Assembly: GCF_003334255.1 (NCBI RefSeq)
Contig: NZ_QOWU01000010.1
Origin: Escherichia coli
Lineage (GTDB): Bacteria > Pseudomonadota > Gammaproteobacteria > Enterobacterales > Enterobacteriaceae
Reading direction: 5' to 3' (one strand)
DNA length: 64,000 nucleotides
Position numbers and translations under genes: made by a program. Positions 46,019 to 54,392 of this stretch are shown in pieces (positions within the stretch are counted from its first letter, which is position 1; each line of letters starts with the position of its first letter). Under the pieces are notes generated by a model. That model was given only the letters and a program-made list of their open reading frames with translations, had not been told where the DNA came from and searched no databases.

Positions 46019-47832
46019 AAAAAGCGCCAAATTTAAAACACCAGCCGCGTGACAAAATGACGGAAGTCATCATTTTTGCGGGTAGTGATGCGTGGGCACA
46101 TGCGAAGCAGTGGCAGGAACAGGACGGGCGACTGGCTGGCGATAACGTGCCACCTGTCTGGCTTGGAGAGCAACAACTTGCCGAACTGGACAACCTGCAA
46201 ATCGTACCGGACGGACGCTATCGCGTGCGTCTCTACCAGGCGGGGTTATTGCGTCCGGGGCTTGTTAATACCATCGGGCAGAAACTGGCAGCGGCAGGTG
46301 TCAGGGATGCTGATTATTACCCTGAAGGAATGCACAGCCAGAAACGGGAGAACTGGCGCGAATATCTGGAACGTGAGCGGGGAGAGCTGGCGGAAAAGAA
46401 AAAGGTAGTTGAACTGCCTGTAAAGAAAAAAGAGCGGGTAAAAGACGATAACGCTTCATCACTGGCGCTTAACCAGATGGGAGCAAGTCAACGCGGCGAA
46501 GTTCTCCTGGCACATTATGGCGGTGAACTGGCGATTCATGCTGACTCTGACACTGTTCACTATTACAACGGCGTTGTATGGGAGCCAGTACAGGATAAAG
46601 AATTACAGCGAGCTATGGCGCAGATTTTCATTGATGCGGAGATCAGCTATTCGCAGAACGCCATTAAATCGGCGGTCGATACCATGAAGTTAAGTTTGCC
46701 TGTAATGGGGAATACAGCCCGTAACCTGATTGGATTCAGTAACGGTGTTTTTGATACCCGGACAGGCGATTTTCGGGAGCATAACAAAAACGACTGGTTG
46801 TTAATTGCCAGTGAATTACCTTTCAGCCCACCAGCAGAGGGGGAAACGCTGGCAACACATGCGCCGAATTTCTGGAAGTGGTTACGCCGTTCGGTGGCTG
46901 AGAATGACCGCAAGGCGGATCGCGTACTGGCTGCATTATTCATGGTGCTGGCGAACCGGTACGACTGGCAGTTATTCATTGAGGTAACAGGTCCAGGGGG
47001 AAGTGGTAAAAGCGTGATGGCGGAGATTTGCACCATGCTGGCGGGTAAGGCCAACACGGTATCGGCAAGCATGAAGGCGCTGGAAGATGCCAGGGAACGC
47101 GCGTTAGTGGTTGGCTTTTCGCTGATTATCATGCCGGATATGACCCGTTACGCTGGTGATGGCGCAGGAATTAAGGCCATTACAGGCGGTGACAAGGTGG
47201 CAATCGACCCGAAGCATAAAGCCCCCTACTCAACACGCATTCAGGCGGTAGTGTTGGCGGTGAACAATAACGCCATGTCATTCAGTGACCGCAGCGGGGG
47301 GATTTCACGTCGTCGGGTGATATTCAATTTTTCGGAGGTTGTACCGGAAAACGAACGCGACCCCATGCTGGCAGAAAAAATAGAAGGAGAGCTGGCGGTT
47401 GTGATTCGCCACCTGCTTACTCGTTTTTCTGACCAGGACGCAGCTAAACGCCTGCTGTATGAGCAGCAGAAATCAGAAGAAGCTCTGGTGATAAAACGCG
47501 AGGGCGATTCGCTGGTGGACTTCTGCGGCTATCTCATGTCGTCGGTAATGTGTGATGGTCTGTTAGTGGGTAATGCCGAAATTATTCCGTTCAGTCCGCG
47601 CAGGTATCTTTATCACGCCTATCTGGCATATATGAGGGCACACGGATTCGGTAAACCTGTAACACTGACGCGCTTCGGTAAAGATATGCCGGGGGCAATG
47701 GCGGAATATGGCAGGGAGTATATGAAACGGAAAACGAAGCACGGTTTGCGTTCAAACGTGACACTGACGGAGGAATCAGAAGACTGGATGCCATCATGTG
47801 TATCGGTCACTAATGACGATAGCAAAAATTAA
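46015..47832 (+). CDS. P4 alpha-like replication protein (primase/NTPase, P-loop)
   Basis: 605-aa ORF with Walker A GPGGSGKS and Walker B-like region; followed immediately by TGTTCACC iteron cluster. Confidence 0.8.
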   Translation: MKKAPNLKHQPRDKMTEVIIFAGSDAWAHAKQWQEQDGRLAGDNVPPVWLGEQQLAELDNLQIVPDGRYRVRLYQAGLLRPGLVNTIGQKLAAAGVRDADYYPEGMHSQKRENWREYLERERGELAEKKKVVELPVKKKERVKDDNASSLALNQMGASQRGEVLLAHYGGELAIHADSDTVHYYNGVVWEPVQDKELQRAMAQIFIDAEISYSQNAIKSAVDTMKLSLPVMGNTARNLIGFSNGVFDTRTGDFREHNKNDWLLIASELPFSPPAEGETLATHAPNFWKWLRRSVAENDRKADRVLAALFMVLANRYDWQLFIEVTGPGGSGKSVMAEICTMLAGKANTVSASMKALEDARERALVVGFSLIIMPDMTRYAGDGAGIKAITGGDKVAIDPKHKAPYSTRIQAVVLAVNNNAMSFSDRSGGISRRRVIFNFSEVVPENERDPMLAEKIEGELAVVIRHLLTRFSDQDAAKRLLYEQQKSEEALVIKREGDSLVDFCGYLMSSVMCDGLLVGNAEIIPFSPRRYLYHAYLAYMRAHGFGKPVTLTRFGKDMPGAMAEYGREYMKRKTKHGLRSNVTLTEESEDWMPSCVSVTNDDSKN

Positions 47833-47846
47833 ACTTATGGAATAAC

Positions 47847-48076
47847 TGTTCACCACTGTTCACCCTGTCATAAATATCTTTTGTATCAGTATGTTATAGG
47901 GTGAACAGTTATTTATGAACTGTTCACCAAACTATTCACTGTTCACCTTTTTGATTGTTTATTGAGCTTCAAGGGTGAACAGTGGTGAATAGTTGGTGAA
48001 TAGTTTTTGTGAAACTGTTCACCCCTTAACATTATGAATTAAAAGATAAAATATCAAAAGGTGAACAGGTGAAGGG
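47847..48076. repeat. iteron cluster (TGTTCACC / GGTGAACA), candidate origin of replication
   Basis: At least 8 exact 8-mers in both orientations (47847, 47857, 47899, 47921, 47940, 47974, 48016, 48060) plus degenerate GGTGAATA copies in an AT-rich 230-bp non-coding stretch. Confidence 0.8.
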
Positions 48077-48119
48077 TTAAAACGCAAAAATTTTAATTTA
48101 CTGCTGTGAGATAAAGCCT

Positions 48120-48365
48120 ATGACAGCGAAGCACACAAAAAAATCACAATCGCACGCCCTTGATTTGACGGAACACTGGTTAAGGGTGTCGATAAAAATC
48201 ATCGACCGCAACGCCGGGGAAGGATATGCGAAAGCACATCCCGAACTGATTAGCTCATTCATGACAACGGCAGCTGCAAACTTTGCCACGCTGACAGAAC
48301 GGGAGATTGCCGAAGCGGAACAGGTGACAACCATCAACGTTAAAACCGGAGAGCAGACAGCATGA
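48120..48365 (+). CDS. hypothetical protein (81 aa)
   Basis: MTAKHTKKSQSHALDLTEHWLRVSIKIIDRNAG...; stop overlaps start of the SSB-like gene. Confidence 0.45.
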   Translation: MTAKHTKKSQSHALDLTEHWLRVSIKIIDRNAGEGYAKAHPELISSFMTTAAANFATLTEREIAEAEQVTTINVKTGEQTA

Positions 48366-48772
48366 CAGCACAGATAGCAGCTTACGGGCGGCTGGTGGAC
48401 GACCCGCAGGTAAAACAGACCAGTAAGGGCACACCGATGACGCTGGCGCGTATGGCGGTATCGTTGCCATGTAGTCAGGCGCAGGATGGGCAGGCGACGT
48501 TATGGCTATCGGTCATCGCATTTGGTAAGCAGGCCGACTTCCTGGCTAAACATCAAAAAGGCGACGTTGCCAGCGTATCCGGCACGATGCAGGTCAGCCA
48601 GTGGACCGGACAGAACGGGGAAACGCGGCAGGGTTATCAGGTTATTGCAGACAGCGTAATCAGTGCCCGTGCGGCACGTCCTGGCGGGAACAGACGCAAA
48701 ACCACAGGCACACAGGGTAATCAGCCACCAGCGGGAGGCGATGACCCTTACGGTGACGGTATTCCGTTCTGA
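48362..48772 (+). CDS. single-stranded DNA-binding protein-like (OB fold with acidic C-terminal tip)
   Basis: 136-aa ORF with Gly/Gln-rich linker and C-terminal DDPYGDGIPF resembling the SSB DDDIPF tail. Confidence 0.7.
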   Translation: MTAQIAAYGRLVDDPQVKQTSKGTPMTLARMAVSLPCSQAQDGQATLWLSVIAFGKQADFLAKHQKGDVASVSGTMQVSQWTGQNGETRQGYQVIADSVISARAARPGGNRRKTTGTQGNQPPAGGDDPYGDGIPF

Positions 48773-48782
48773 GGGGGTGGCG

Positions 48783-49055
48783 ATGGTACATGACCGCATA
48801 GCGGAAGAACTCGAGGCGAAAGGCTTTTACCGGAGGGCGGCGGCGCGATGGGGTGAAGTCATGCTGCTGGTGGAGACAGACAAGGAACGGCATCAGGTTA
48901 CGATGCGACGGCTGGAATGTTCCAGGAAGGCACAGAAGCCACCGGAGCCGCCGGATAACTTCGGAGACCTGAGAAAGGCAGTAGATCGCACTTATGCTGA
49001 AATGGGTATAGATGGTGTAAGCGATGAAATATGGCGTAATTACCCAGACAGCTAA
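48783..49055 (+). CDS. PerC-family transcriptional regulator-like protein
   Basis: 90-aa ORF MVHDRIAEELEAKGFYRRAAARWGEVMLLVETDKERHQVTMRRLEC...; the AExLExKGxxRRAAxRWxEVM pattern is typical of PerC/Pch proteins; ATG after GAGGGGG. Confidence 0.55.
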   Translation: MVHDRIAEELEAKGFYRRAAARWGEVMLLVETDKERHQVTMRRLECSRKAQKPPEPPDNFGDLRKAVDRTYAEMGIDGVSDEIWRNYPDS

Positions 49056-49060
49056 TCAAC

Positions 49061-49084
49061 AGCCGGAGAAATCCGGCTTTTTTT
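49061..49084 (+). terminator. rho-independent terminator
   Basis: AGCCGGAG-aa-ATCCGGCT hairpin followed by T7. Confidence 0.65.
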
Positions 49085-49179
49085 GCACCAGTTGAAACGG
49101 TATGGCGCATTACCGGGTTTTCGTCACGGTCAGGCATAGTTACTATCTGAAACAAACAGACACAACAGAGGAAAAAACA

Positions 49180-49404
49180 ATGCCGATGAAATTTGATGAG
49201 ATATTAAAACAGCGTGATAAATACCATGCTGACAACATGGAGACGATGAGCATCAATGATTACCGCGCATTCCTGGAGACGGGCGCACTGATTGAAAAGG
49301 ATCAGCATGGTTTTGTGAGATGTGCTCTGTCCGGTGAAATGCTGGCGGTAAATCCTGAACAGATAGATGCATTGATAGAATTTCTGAAAGGGATCAGGGA
49401 CTGA
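49180..49404 (+). CDS. hypothetical protein (74 aa)
   Basis: MPMKFDEILKQRDKYHADNMETMSINDYRAFLETG...; ATG after AGGAAAAAA; followed by a terminator. Confidence 0.45.
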   Translation: MPMKFDEILKQRDKYHADNMETMSINDYRAFLETGALIEKDQHGFVRCALSGEMLAVNPEQIDALIEFLKGIRD

Positions 49405-49414
49405 GCACGCATAC

Positions 49415-49436
49415 AGCCGGAGCAATCCGGCTTTTT
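49415..49436 (+). terminator. rho-independent terminator (near-duplicate of 49061-49084)
   Basis: AGCCGGAG-caa-TCCGGCT hairpin followed by T5. Confidence 0.65.
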
Positions 49437-49696
49437 GTCATTTTTTGTAAATTATTTGTTCGTGGTTGTTCCACGTTGTTCACTGACAGGATCGGCATAT
49501 TTTACCCGAACTGAATCATGAGTATTCTCGCCCGTGGTGCCAGGACGCTGGGGCCACTTTCCCGCCTGTTAATGTGCTCGCCAATATTCATTACCAGGCG
49601 GGAAAACGATCGGTGCGATTGCTGATTTCCTTATGAAAAACGGTTGAGTTTTTGCCGCGTCCTGGAGTTCCTTACTTAACCCCAGGACTTTTTTTT

Positions 49697-50854
49697 ATGC
49701 CGAGAATAATCGAATTACGCCAGCAGAAAACCGCCATTAAAAATCAGATGCGCGACATGCTGGAGAACGCGGAAAAAGAAAACCGCAGCCTTAACGATGC
49801 AGAGGGCGCAAAATTTGACGAATTACGCGCTAAAGCTGAATCCCTCGATAAAGACATTTCCCGCCTTGAAGCCATTGCAGACGAAGAGCGCAGCAAGCCA
49901 GGTAAAAGCAGCCAGACCACTGACCCGGCAGAACTCCGCAACTACATCCTGACAGGTGAAACCCGCGCATTAAGTACAGGCGTTCCCGCTGATGGTGGTT
50001 ATACCGTTATCCCCGAACTGAACACCGAAATCATGCGAATGCTGACGGATGAATCCACCATGCGCCGCATCTGTACCGTGAAGAAAATCAGCAGCAACGA
50101 GTTTAAGCAGCTTGTTTCCGCTGGCGGTGCGACCGTTAACCACGGTGAAGAGGGTAAGACACGCGAACAGACCAGCACCCCGCAGATTAACGAGGTGAGC
50201 ATTAAGCTGTATCCGGTCTATGCGTACCCGCGCACCACACAGGAAATCGTGGATTTTTCCGATGTGGACATCCTTTCATGGCTGACGGGTGAGATTGGCG
50301 ACACCTTCACGGAAACCGAAGAAAGCGATCTGGTTGTGGGCGACGGTGACAAAAAAGCAAAAGGTTTTTTATCCGTACCCCGTGCAGAGAAGAACGACAA
50401 AGAGCGTGATTTTGGTACGTTGCAGGTAATTAAACCTTCCGAATCTCTGGCGTGGACATCTGCGGACCCGCTGATCGACCTGAAATTTGCATTACGTAAA
50501 AAATACCGCAAAAACGCGGTCTGGGTGGTTAACTCCACGACGGCGGCAAAACTTCAGAAGGTGAAGAACGCGAACGGTGATTACATCTGGCGCGACCGTT
50601 TACAGGCGGGTGATCCTGATACGTTGCTGGGCCTTCCGGTCGAATATCTGGAGTTTATGCCTGATAACGTTATTGCCCTGGGTGACTTCAAACGCGGTTA
50701 CTACATTGTTGATCACGAAACAGGTGTTCGCACCAGACCGGACAACCTCACAGAGCCGGGCTTCATCAAAATTTTCACGCAGAAATATTTAGGCGGTGGC
50801 GTGGTGGATTCGAACGCGATCAAGATTCTGGAACTGCCACAGGACGACGATTAA
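49697..50854 (+). CDS. major capsid protein, HK97 fold, with N-terminal coiled-coil (delta/scaffold-like) region
   Basis: 385 aa from ATG 49697 (MPRIIELRQQKTAIKNQMRDMLENAEKENRSLNDAEGAKFDELRAK...); capsid-family core follows. Confidence 0.85.
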   Translation: MPRIIELRQQKTAIKNQMRDMLENAEKENRSLNDAEGAKFDELRAKAESLDKDISRLEAIADEERSKPGKSSQTTDPAELRNYILTGETRALSTGVPADGGYTVIPELNTEIMRMLTDESTMRRICTVKKISSNEFKQLVSAGGATVNHGEEGKTREQTSTPQINEVSIKLYPVYAYPRTTQEIVDFSDVDILSWLTGEIGDTFTETEESDLVVGDGDKKAKGFLSVPRAEKNDKERDFGTLQVIKPSESLAWTSADPLIDLKFALRKKYRKNAVWVVNSTTAAKLQKVKNANGDYIWRDRLQAGDPDTLLGLPVEYLEFMPDNVIALGDFKRGYYIVDHETGVRTRPDNLTEPGFIKIFTQKYLGGGVVDSNAIKILELPQDDD

Positions 50855-50864
50855 CAGCATACAG

Positions 50865-50893
50865 AAGGGGCTTAAAAGCCCCTTTAGTGTTTT
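50865..50893 (+). terminator. stem-loop after capsid gene (attenuator/terminator)
   Basis: AAGGGGCTT-aaa-AGCCCCTT followed by TAGTGTTTT. Confidence 0.5.
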
Positions 50894-51466
50894 ATGGGTG
50901 AAAAAATTATGAAGAGTATGGAAATCCGGTCATCGGAAATCACCACCAGCGCCAGCAACACGCTTACAGGCTACGTTGTTCGCTGGGATAAGCTTTCAGA
51001 GCTGCTATGGGGGGAGTTTTACGAAAAATTCCAGCGGGGAGCGTTTACTGAATGGCTTGCGGCGGGTAATGACGTTCGCGGCCTGTATGAGCATGACCAC
51101 AGCATGTTGCTGGGGCGTACCCGTTCCGGCACGCTGAAACTGGAAGAGGACGAAACAGGGTTACGCTTTGAACTGACCCCACCGGATACCAGTACAGGGC
51201 GCGACGTTATCGAACTGGTTAAGCGTGGGGACATCTCGGGGATGAGCTTTGGCTTTCGCTCCCGTAAGGATGTATGGGATACCACAACAGATCCATGCGT
51301 GCGCACCGTGCTGGTGGCGGAACTGTACGAAATTACCGTTACATCGGTACCGGCTTACCCCGATTCCGGCGTGGAGCTGGCCCGCCGTTCCCTGTATGAG
51401 CAGCACCCCGAAAAAATGCCGCGTGCGGATAATCGCCGCTGGTGGGTGGATTTAGCGGGGGTGTGA
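50894..51466 (+). CDS. prohead maturation protease, HK97 family
   Basis: 190-aa ORF (true start may be ATG 50909); GAFTEWLAAGNDVRGLYEHDHSMLLGRTRSGTLKLEEDETGLRFELTPPDTSTGRD...GDISGMSFGF matches HK97-type prohead protease. Confidence 0.8.
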   Translation: MGEKIMKSMEIRSSEITTSASNTLTGYVVRWDKLSELLWGEFYEKFQRGAFTEWLAAGNDVRGLYEHDHSMLLGRTRSGTLKLEEDETGLRFELTPPDTSTGRDVIELVKRGDISGMSFGFRSRKDVWDTTTDPCVRTVLVAELYEITVTSVPAYPDSGVELARRSLYEQHPEKMPRADNRRWWVDLAGV

Positions 51467-51467
51467 T

Positions 51468-52679
51468 ATGTGGCTTTTCAGAAGAAAAAAAGAGCAGCGC
51501 AGCATGACGCTTGATGAATTTATGGCGCTGGCTGGCACATCGAACACGGGGGCGGGTGAGTACGTATCATCGGGGACAGCGGAATCACTGCCCGCCGTCA
51601 TGAACGCCGTGACGGTCATCTCTGAGGCGGTGGCTACCATGCCGTGTTACCTGTACCTGGTACGCAATGAGAAGGGGAAGGAGGCCCGCGAGTGGCTTGA
51701 TTCTCATCCGGTCGATCACATCCTCAACGAGCGCCCGAACGCGTGGCAGACTCCCTACCAGTTTAAGCGAATGATGATCCGCCACTGCCTGTTAAACGGT
51801 AATGCTTATGCGGTGATTCAGTGGGGGCGTGATGGTTTTCCGGTGGCTTTACATCCTTACCCGCCGCAGTCGGTGAACGTGGAGCAGACAGGCGAACACA
51901 ACTGGCGCTACTGCATCACTGACGCCTACACCGGAAACACCCGCAACTATTTACCGTGGGAGGTTCTCCACCTTCGTTACTCCACGGATGACGGTTTTAT
52001 GGGGCGCTCACCTGTAACCATCTGCCGCGAATCGCTGGGGCTTGGGCTGGCCCAACAACGCCACGGCGCGAGCGTGATGCGTGATGGCATGATGGCGGCA
52101 GGGGTTATCACGTCAGGCGAATGGCTGGACGGCGTGAAGGGCAAACAGGCATTAGCCGCACTGGAACGCTACAAAGGGGCCAGAAACGCCGGAAAAACGC
52201 CCATCCTTGAAGGGGGTATGAGCTATCAGCAGCTGGGCATGAGTAATCAGGATGCTGAATGGCTGGCCTCCCGTCGCTTCACCATTGAAGACATCGCCCG
52301 AATGTTCAACGTCTCGCCGATTTTTCTGCAGGAATACAGCAACAGCACCTACAGCAATTTCAGCGAGGCAAGCCGCGCATTTCTCACCATGACAATGCGC
52401 CCGTGGCTGGCGAACTTTGAGCAGCAGATAAAAAACGCCCTGCTGGTGGCCTCGCCTGTACCTGGTATCCGGTATCAGGTGGAGTTTGACAGCGCGGACC
52501 TGTTACGGGCCACACCTGGCGAACGCTTTGCCACCTATGAACGCGGCATCAAATCCGGCGTTATGTGCCCGAACGAAGCCCGCGAACGTGAAGGGCTGTC
52601 CCCGCGTGATGGTGGTGATGAGTTCAGCCAGGCATGGAAACAGGAAGTAAAAATCAGCGAGGGAGAAAAACCGGAATGA
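51468..52679 (+). CDS. portal protein, HK97 family
   Basis: 403-aa ORF; N-terminal region ...MPCYLYLVRNEKGKEAREWLDSHPVDHILNERPNAWQTPYQFKRMMIRHCLLNGNAYAV typical of HK97-like portals. Confidence 0.8.
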   Translation: MWLFRRKKEQRSMTLDEFMALAGTSNTGAGEYVSSGTAESLPAVMNAVTVISEAVATMPCYLYLVRNEKGKEAREWLDSHPVDHILNERPNAWQTPYQFKRMMIRHCLLNGNAYAVIQWGRDGFPVALHPYPPQSVNVEQTGEHNWRYCITDAYTGNTRNYLPWEVLHLRYSTDDGFMGRSPVTICRESLGLGLAQQRHGASVMRDGMMAAGVITSGEWLDGVKGKQALAALERYKGARNAGKTPILEGGMSYQQLGMSNQDAEWLASRRFTIEDIARMFNVSPIFLQEYSNSTYSNFSEASRAFLTMTMRPWLANFEQQIKNALLVASPVPGIRYQVEFDSADLLRATPGERFATYERGIKSGVMCPNEAREREGLSPRDGGDEFSQAWKQEVKISEGEKPE

Positions 52680-53014
52680 ACATAGGGCGACTGCGTGACA
52701 GGGTAACGATTCAGACCCTGAAACAGACCAGGGATATAACCGGCGAAATACTCGAAACGTGGGAGGACGGTCACACACTCTGGGCAAGCGTGAACATGAT
52801 CAGCAGCAAGGAGGCCATTTCATCGGGTGCAGAGCTGGCGATTGGTACCGTAAGGATCTGGATACGGTACCGGAAGGACATCAATGCCACCAGCCGGATA
52901 AAGGTCAGTACGGGGCCGCTGGCGGGGCGTGTACTGAATATCATCGGGCAGCCGCTGCCGGATGCCGCCAGGACACGCCTTGAAATTCTTTGTCGTGAGG
53001 GCGCGGAAAAATGA
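52676..53014 (+). CDS. head-tail adaptor / head closure protein
   Basis: 112 aa from ATG 52676 overlapping portal stop (MNIGRLRDRVTIQTLKQTRD...). Confidence 0.65.
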   Translation: MNIGRLRDRVTIQTLKQTRDITGEILETWEDGHTLWASVNMISSKEAISSGAELAIGTVRIWIRYRKDINATSRIKVSTGPLAGRVLNIIGQPLPDAARTRLEILCREGAEK

Positions 53015-53307
53015 CAGAAGAACTTATCACCCTGGAAGAAGTGAAACTCCATTGCCGCATCGATGGCGACGAGGAAGACCAGTTAATCAGCGGATACATC
53101 GCCGCATCGCTTGAGGCGTGCCAGATACACATAGGCAGGCGCTTTGATGACGGGCTGGAGTTCACGCCAGCCATAAAGATTGGCTGCATGATGTTTATCG
53201 CTCACCTGTATGAAAATCGCCAGATTGTCGCGGATAACGCAAAAACACGCGTACCCATGACGATTGGTGCACTCTGGACGGCTTACCGTGATGTGGGGGT
53301 GTACTGA
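53011..53307 (+). CDS. gp6-like head-tail connector protein
   Basis: 98-aa ORF MTEELITLEEVKLHCRIDGDEEDQLISGYIAASLEACQIHIGRRF... Confidence 0.65.
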   Translation: MTEELITLEEVKLHCRIDGDEEDQLISGYIAASLEACQIHIGRRFDDGLEFTPAIKIGCMMFIAHLYENRQIVADNAKTRVPMTIGALWTAYRDVGVY

Positions 53308-53747
53308 TGCCGTGGCAACCATTAAGACGATGCACAGAACCAGGCTGTAACAGGCGCGTGAAGTCCGGCAAGTGTGAGGAGCACAGGCGGGCGGCATGGC
53401 GTGCAGAGGATGCCAGACGAGGACACCGCCGCGCGCGTGGGTACTCCAGACAGTGGGACAAATACCGCGCCATGTATCTGAGTAAAAACCCGTTATGCGT
53501 GCGATGCCTTGAGAAGGGGATATATACGCCCGCCGTGGTGGTGGATCACATTATCCCGATTAATGGCGGTGATGATGTTCTCTTCTGGCCCGAATGGAAC
53601 CATCAGCCATTGTGCCAGGCGTGCCATAACCAGAAAACGAAATGGCTTGATCCGGCAACAAAAAGCAAGCGTGCCGCAGGTGGATTTCGTGAAGAGGAAG
53701 AACGGGCCGCTAACCGCAATAACTGGATGTATGACGCTGATGAATGA
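53307..53747 (+). CDS. HNH endonuclease (packaging-associated)
   Basis: 146-aa ORF with Cys pairs (CTEPGCNRRVKSGKCEEH, CVRC) and HNH core VVDHIIPINGG...NHQPLCQACHNQKT. Confidence 0.85.
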   Translation: MPWQPLRRCTEPGCNRRVKSGKCEEHRRAAWRAEDARRGHRRARGYSRQWDKYRAMYLSKNPLCVRCLEKGIYTPAVVVDHIIPINGGDDVLFWPEWNHQPLCQACHNQKTKWLDPATKSKRAAGGFREEEERAANRNNWMYDADE

Positions 53748-53913
53748 GCGGGAACAAAACCGCCTTATCCGTGGACTTATAAGGCAGCGTGACGCATGGA
53801 AGACACAGGAAACAGGGCATAAAGATAAAGCGTCAGGACGCGCAGAACGCATCACAGCGAAGCGATTAACCGACCGTGACCGCGAGGTTATGGAATGTTT
53901 CCGCAATCGCTGA
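53740..53913 (+). CDS. possible small charged protein (57 aa), translationally coupled to HNH gene
   Basis: ATG overlaps HNH stop; MNEREQNRLIRGLIRQRDAWKTQETGHKDKASGRAERITAKRLTDRDREVMECFRNR; no RBS evidence. Confidence 0.25.
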   Translation: MNEREQNRLIRGLIRQRDAWKTQETGHKDKASGRAERITAKRLTDRDREVMECFRNR

Positions 53914-54035
53914 TGAGGCTGTATGACGGGGTGGGGGGCGTTTTCAGGACAAACCCGACCCCGCCGGGCACCGACCGCCTCCTCAAATTTTTATGCACGG
54001 GAATTTTTTGAAAAATAATCTGACGAAAAATAAGC
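53914..54035. other. candidate cos/packaging-initiation region between HNH and terS
   Basis: Non-coding stretch with G/C-rich blocks (ACGGGGTGGGGGGCG, CCCGACCCCGCCGGGCACCGACCGCC) directly upstream of terS; HNH-cos-TerS arrangement is typical of HK97-like cos packaging. Confidence 0.3.
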
Positions 54036-54392
54036 ATGGCAAGACCACCGAAAGCCCCCGCCTACCTGGATGACATCGCCGTGAAGCAGTGGCGGGAAAA
54101 ATCGCGGCAGCTTGCGGAACGGGGAGACCTGACCCCCGCCGACTGGAGCAATCTGGAACTGTATTGTGTCAACTACTCCATTTACCGGAAAGCCGTCGCA
54201 GACCTTGCGGCGCGCGGGTTCAGCATTGTTAACAGTCAGGGCGGCGAGAGCAGAAACCCCGCATTAAGCGCGAAATCAGACGCTGAAAGGGTGATGATAA
54301 AAATGGCCTCCTTGCTCGGTTTTGACCCGATAAGCCGCCGTAAAAACCCACCGGAAACAGAAGAAGAGGACGAGCTTGACCGCCTGGAATAA
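54036..54392 (+). CDS. terminase small subunit (P27-like)
   Basis: 118-aa ORF MARPPKAPAYLDDIAVKQWREKSRQLAERGDLTPADWSNLELYCVNYSIYRKA...; overlaps terL start. Confidence 0.7.
   Translation: MARPPKAPAYLDDIAVKQWREKSRQLAERGDLTPADWSNLELYCVNYSIYRKAVADLAARGFSIVNSQGGESRNPALSAKSDAERVMIKMASLLGFDPISRRKNPPETEEEDELDRLE

Noticed and set aside
47847-48076. Possible CRISPR array at the short-repeat cluster
   Set aside because: Repeats are only 8-9 bp, occur in both orientations with irregular spacing and no uniform spacers, and there are no cas genes; pattern fits replication iterons.
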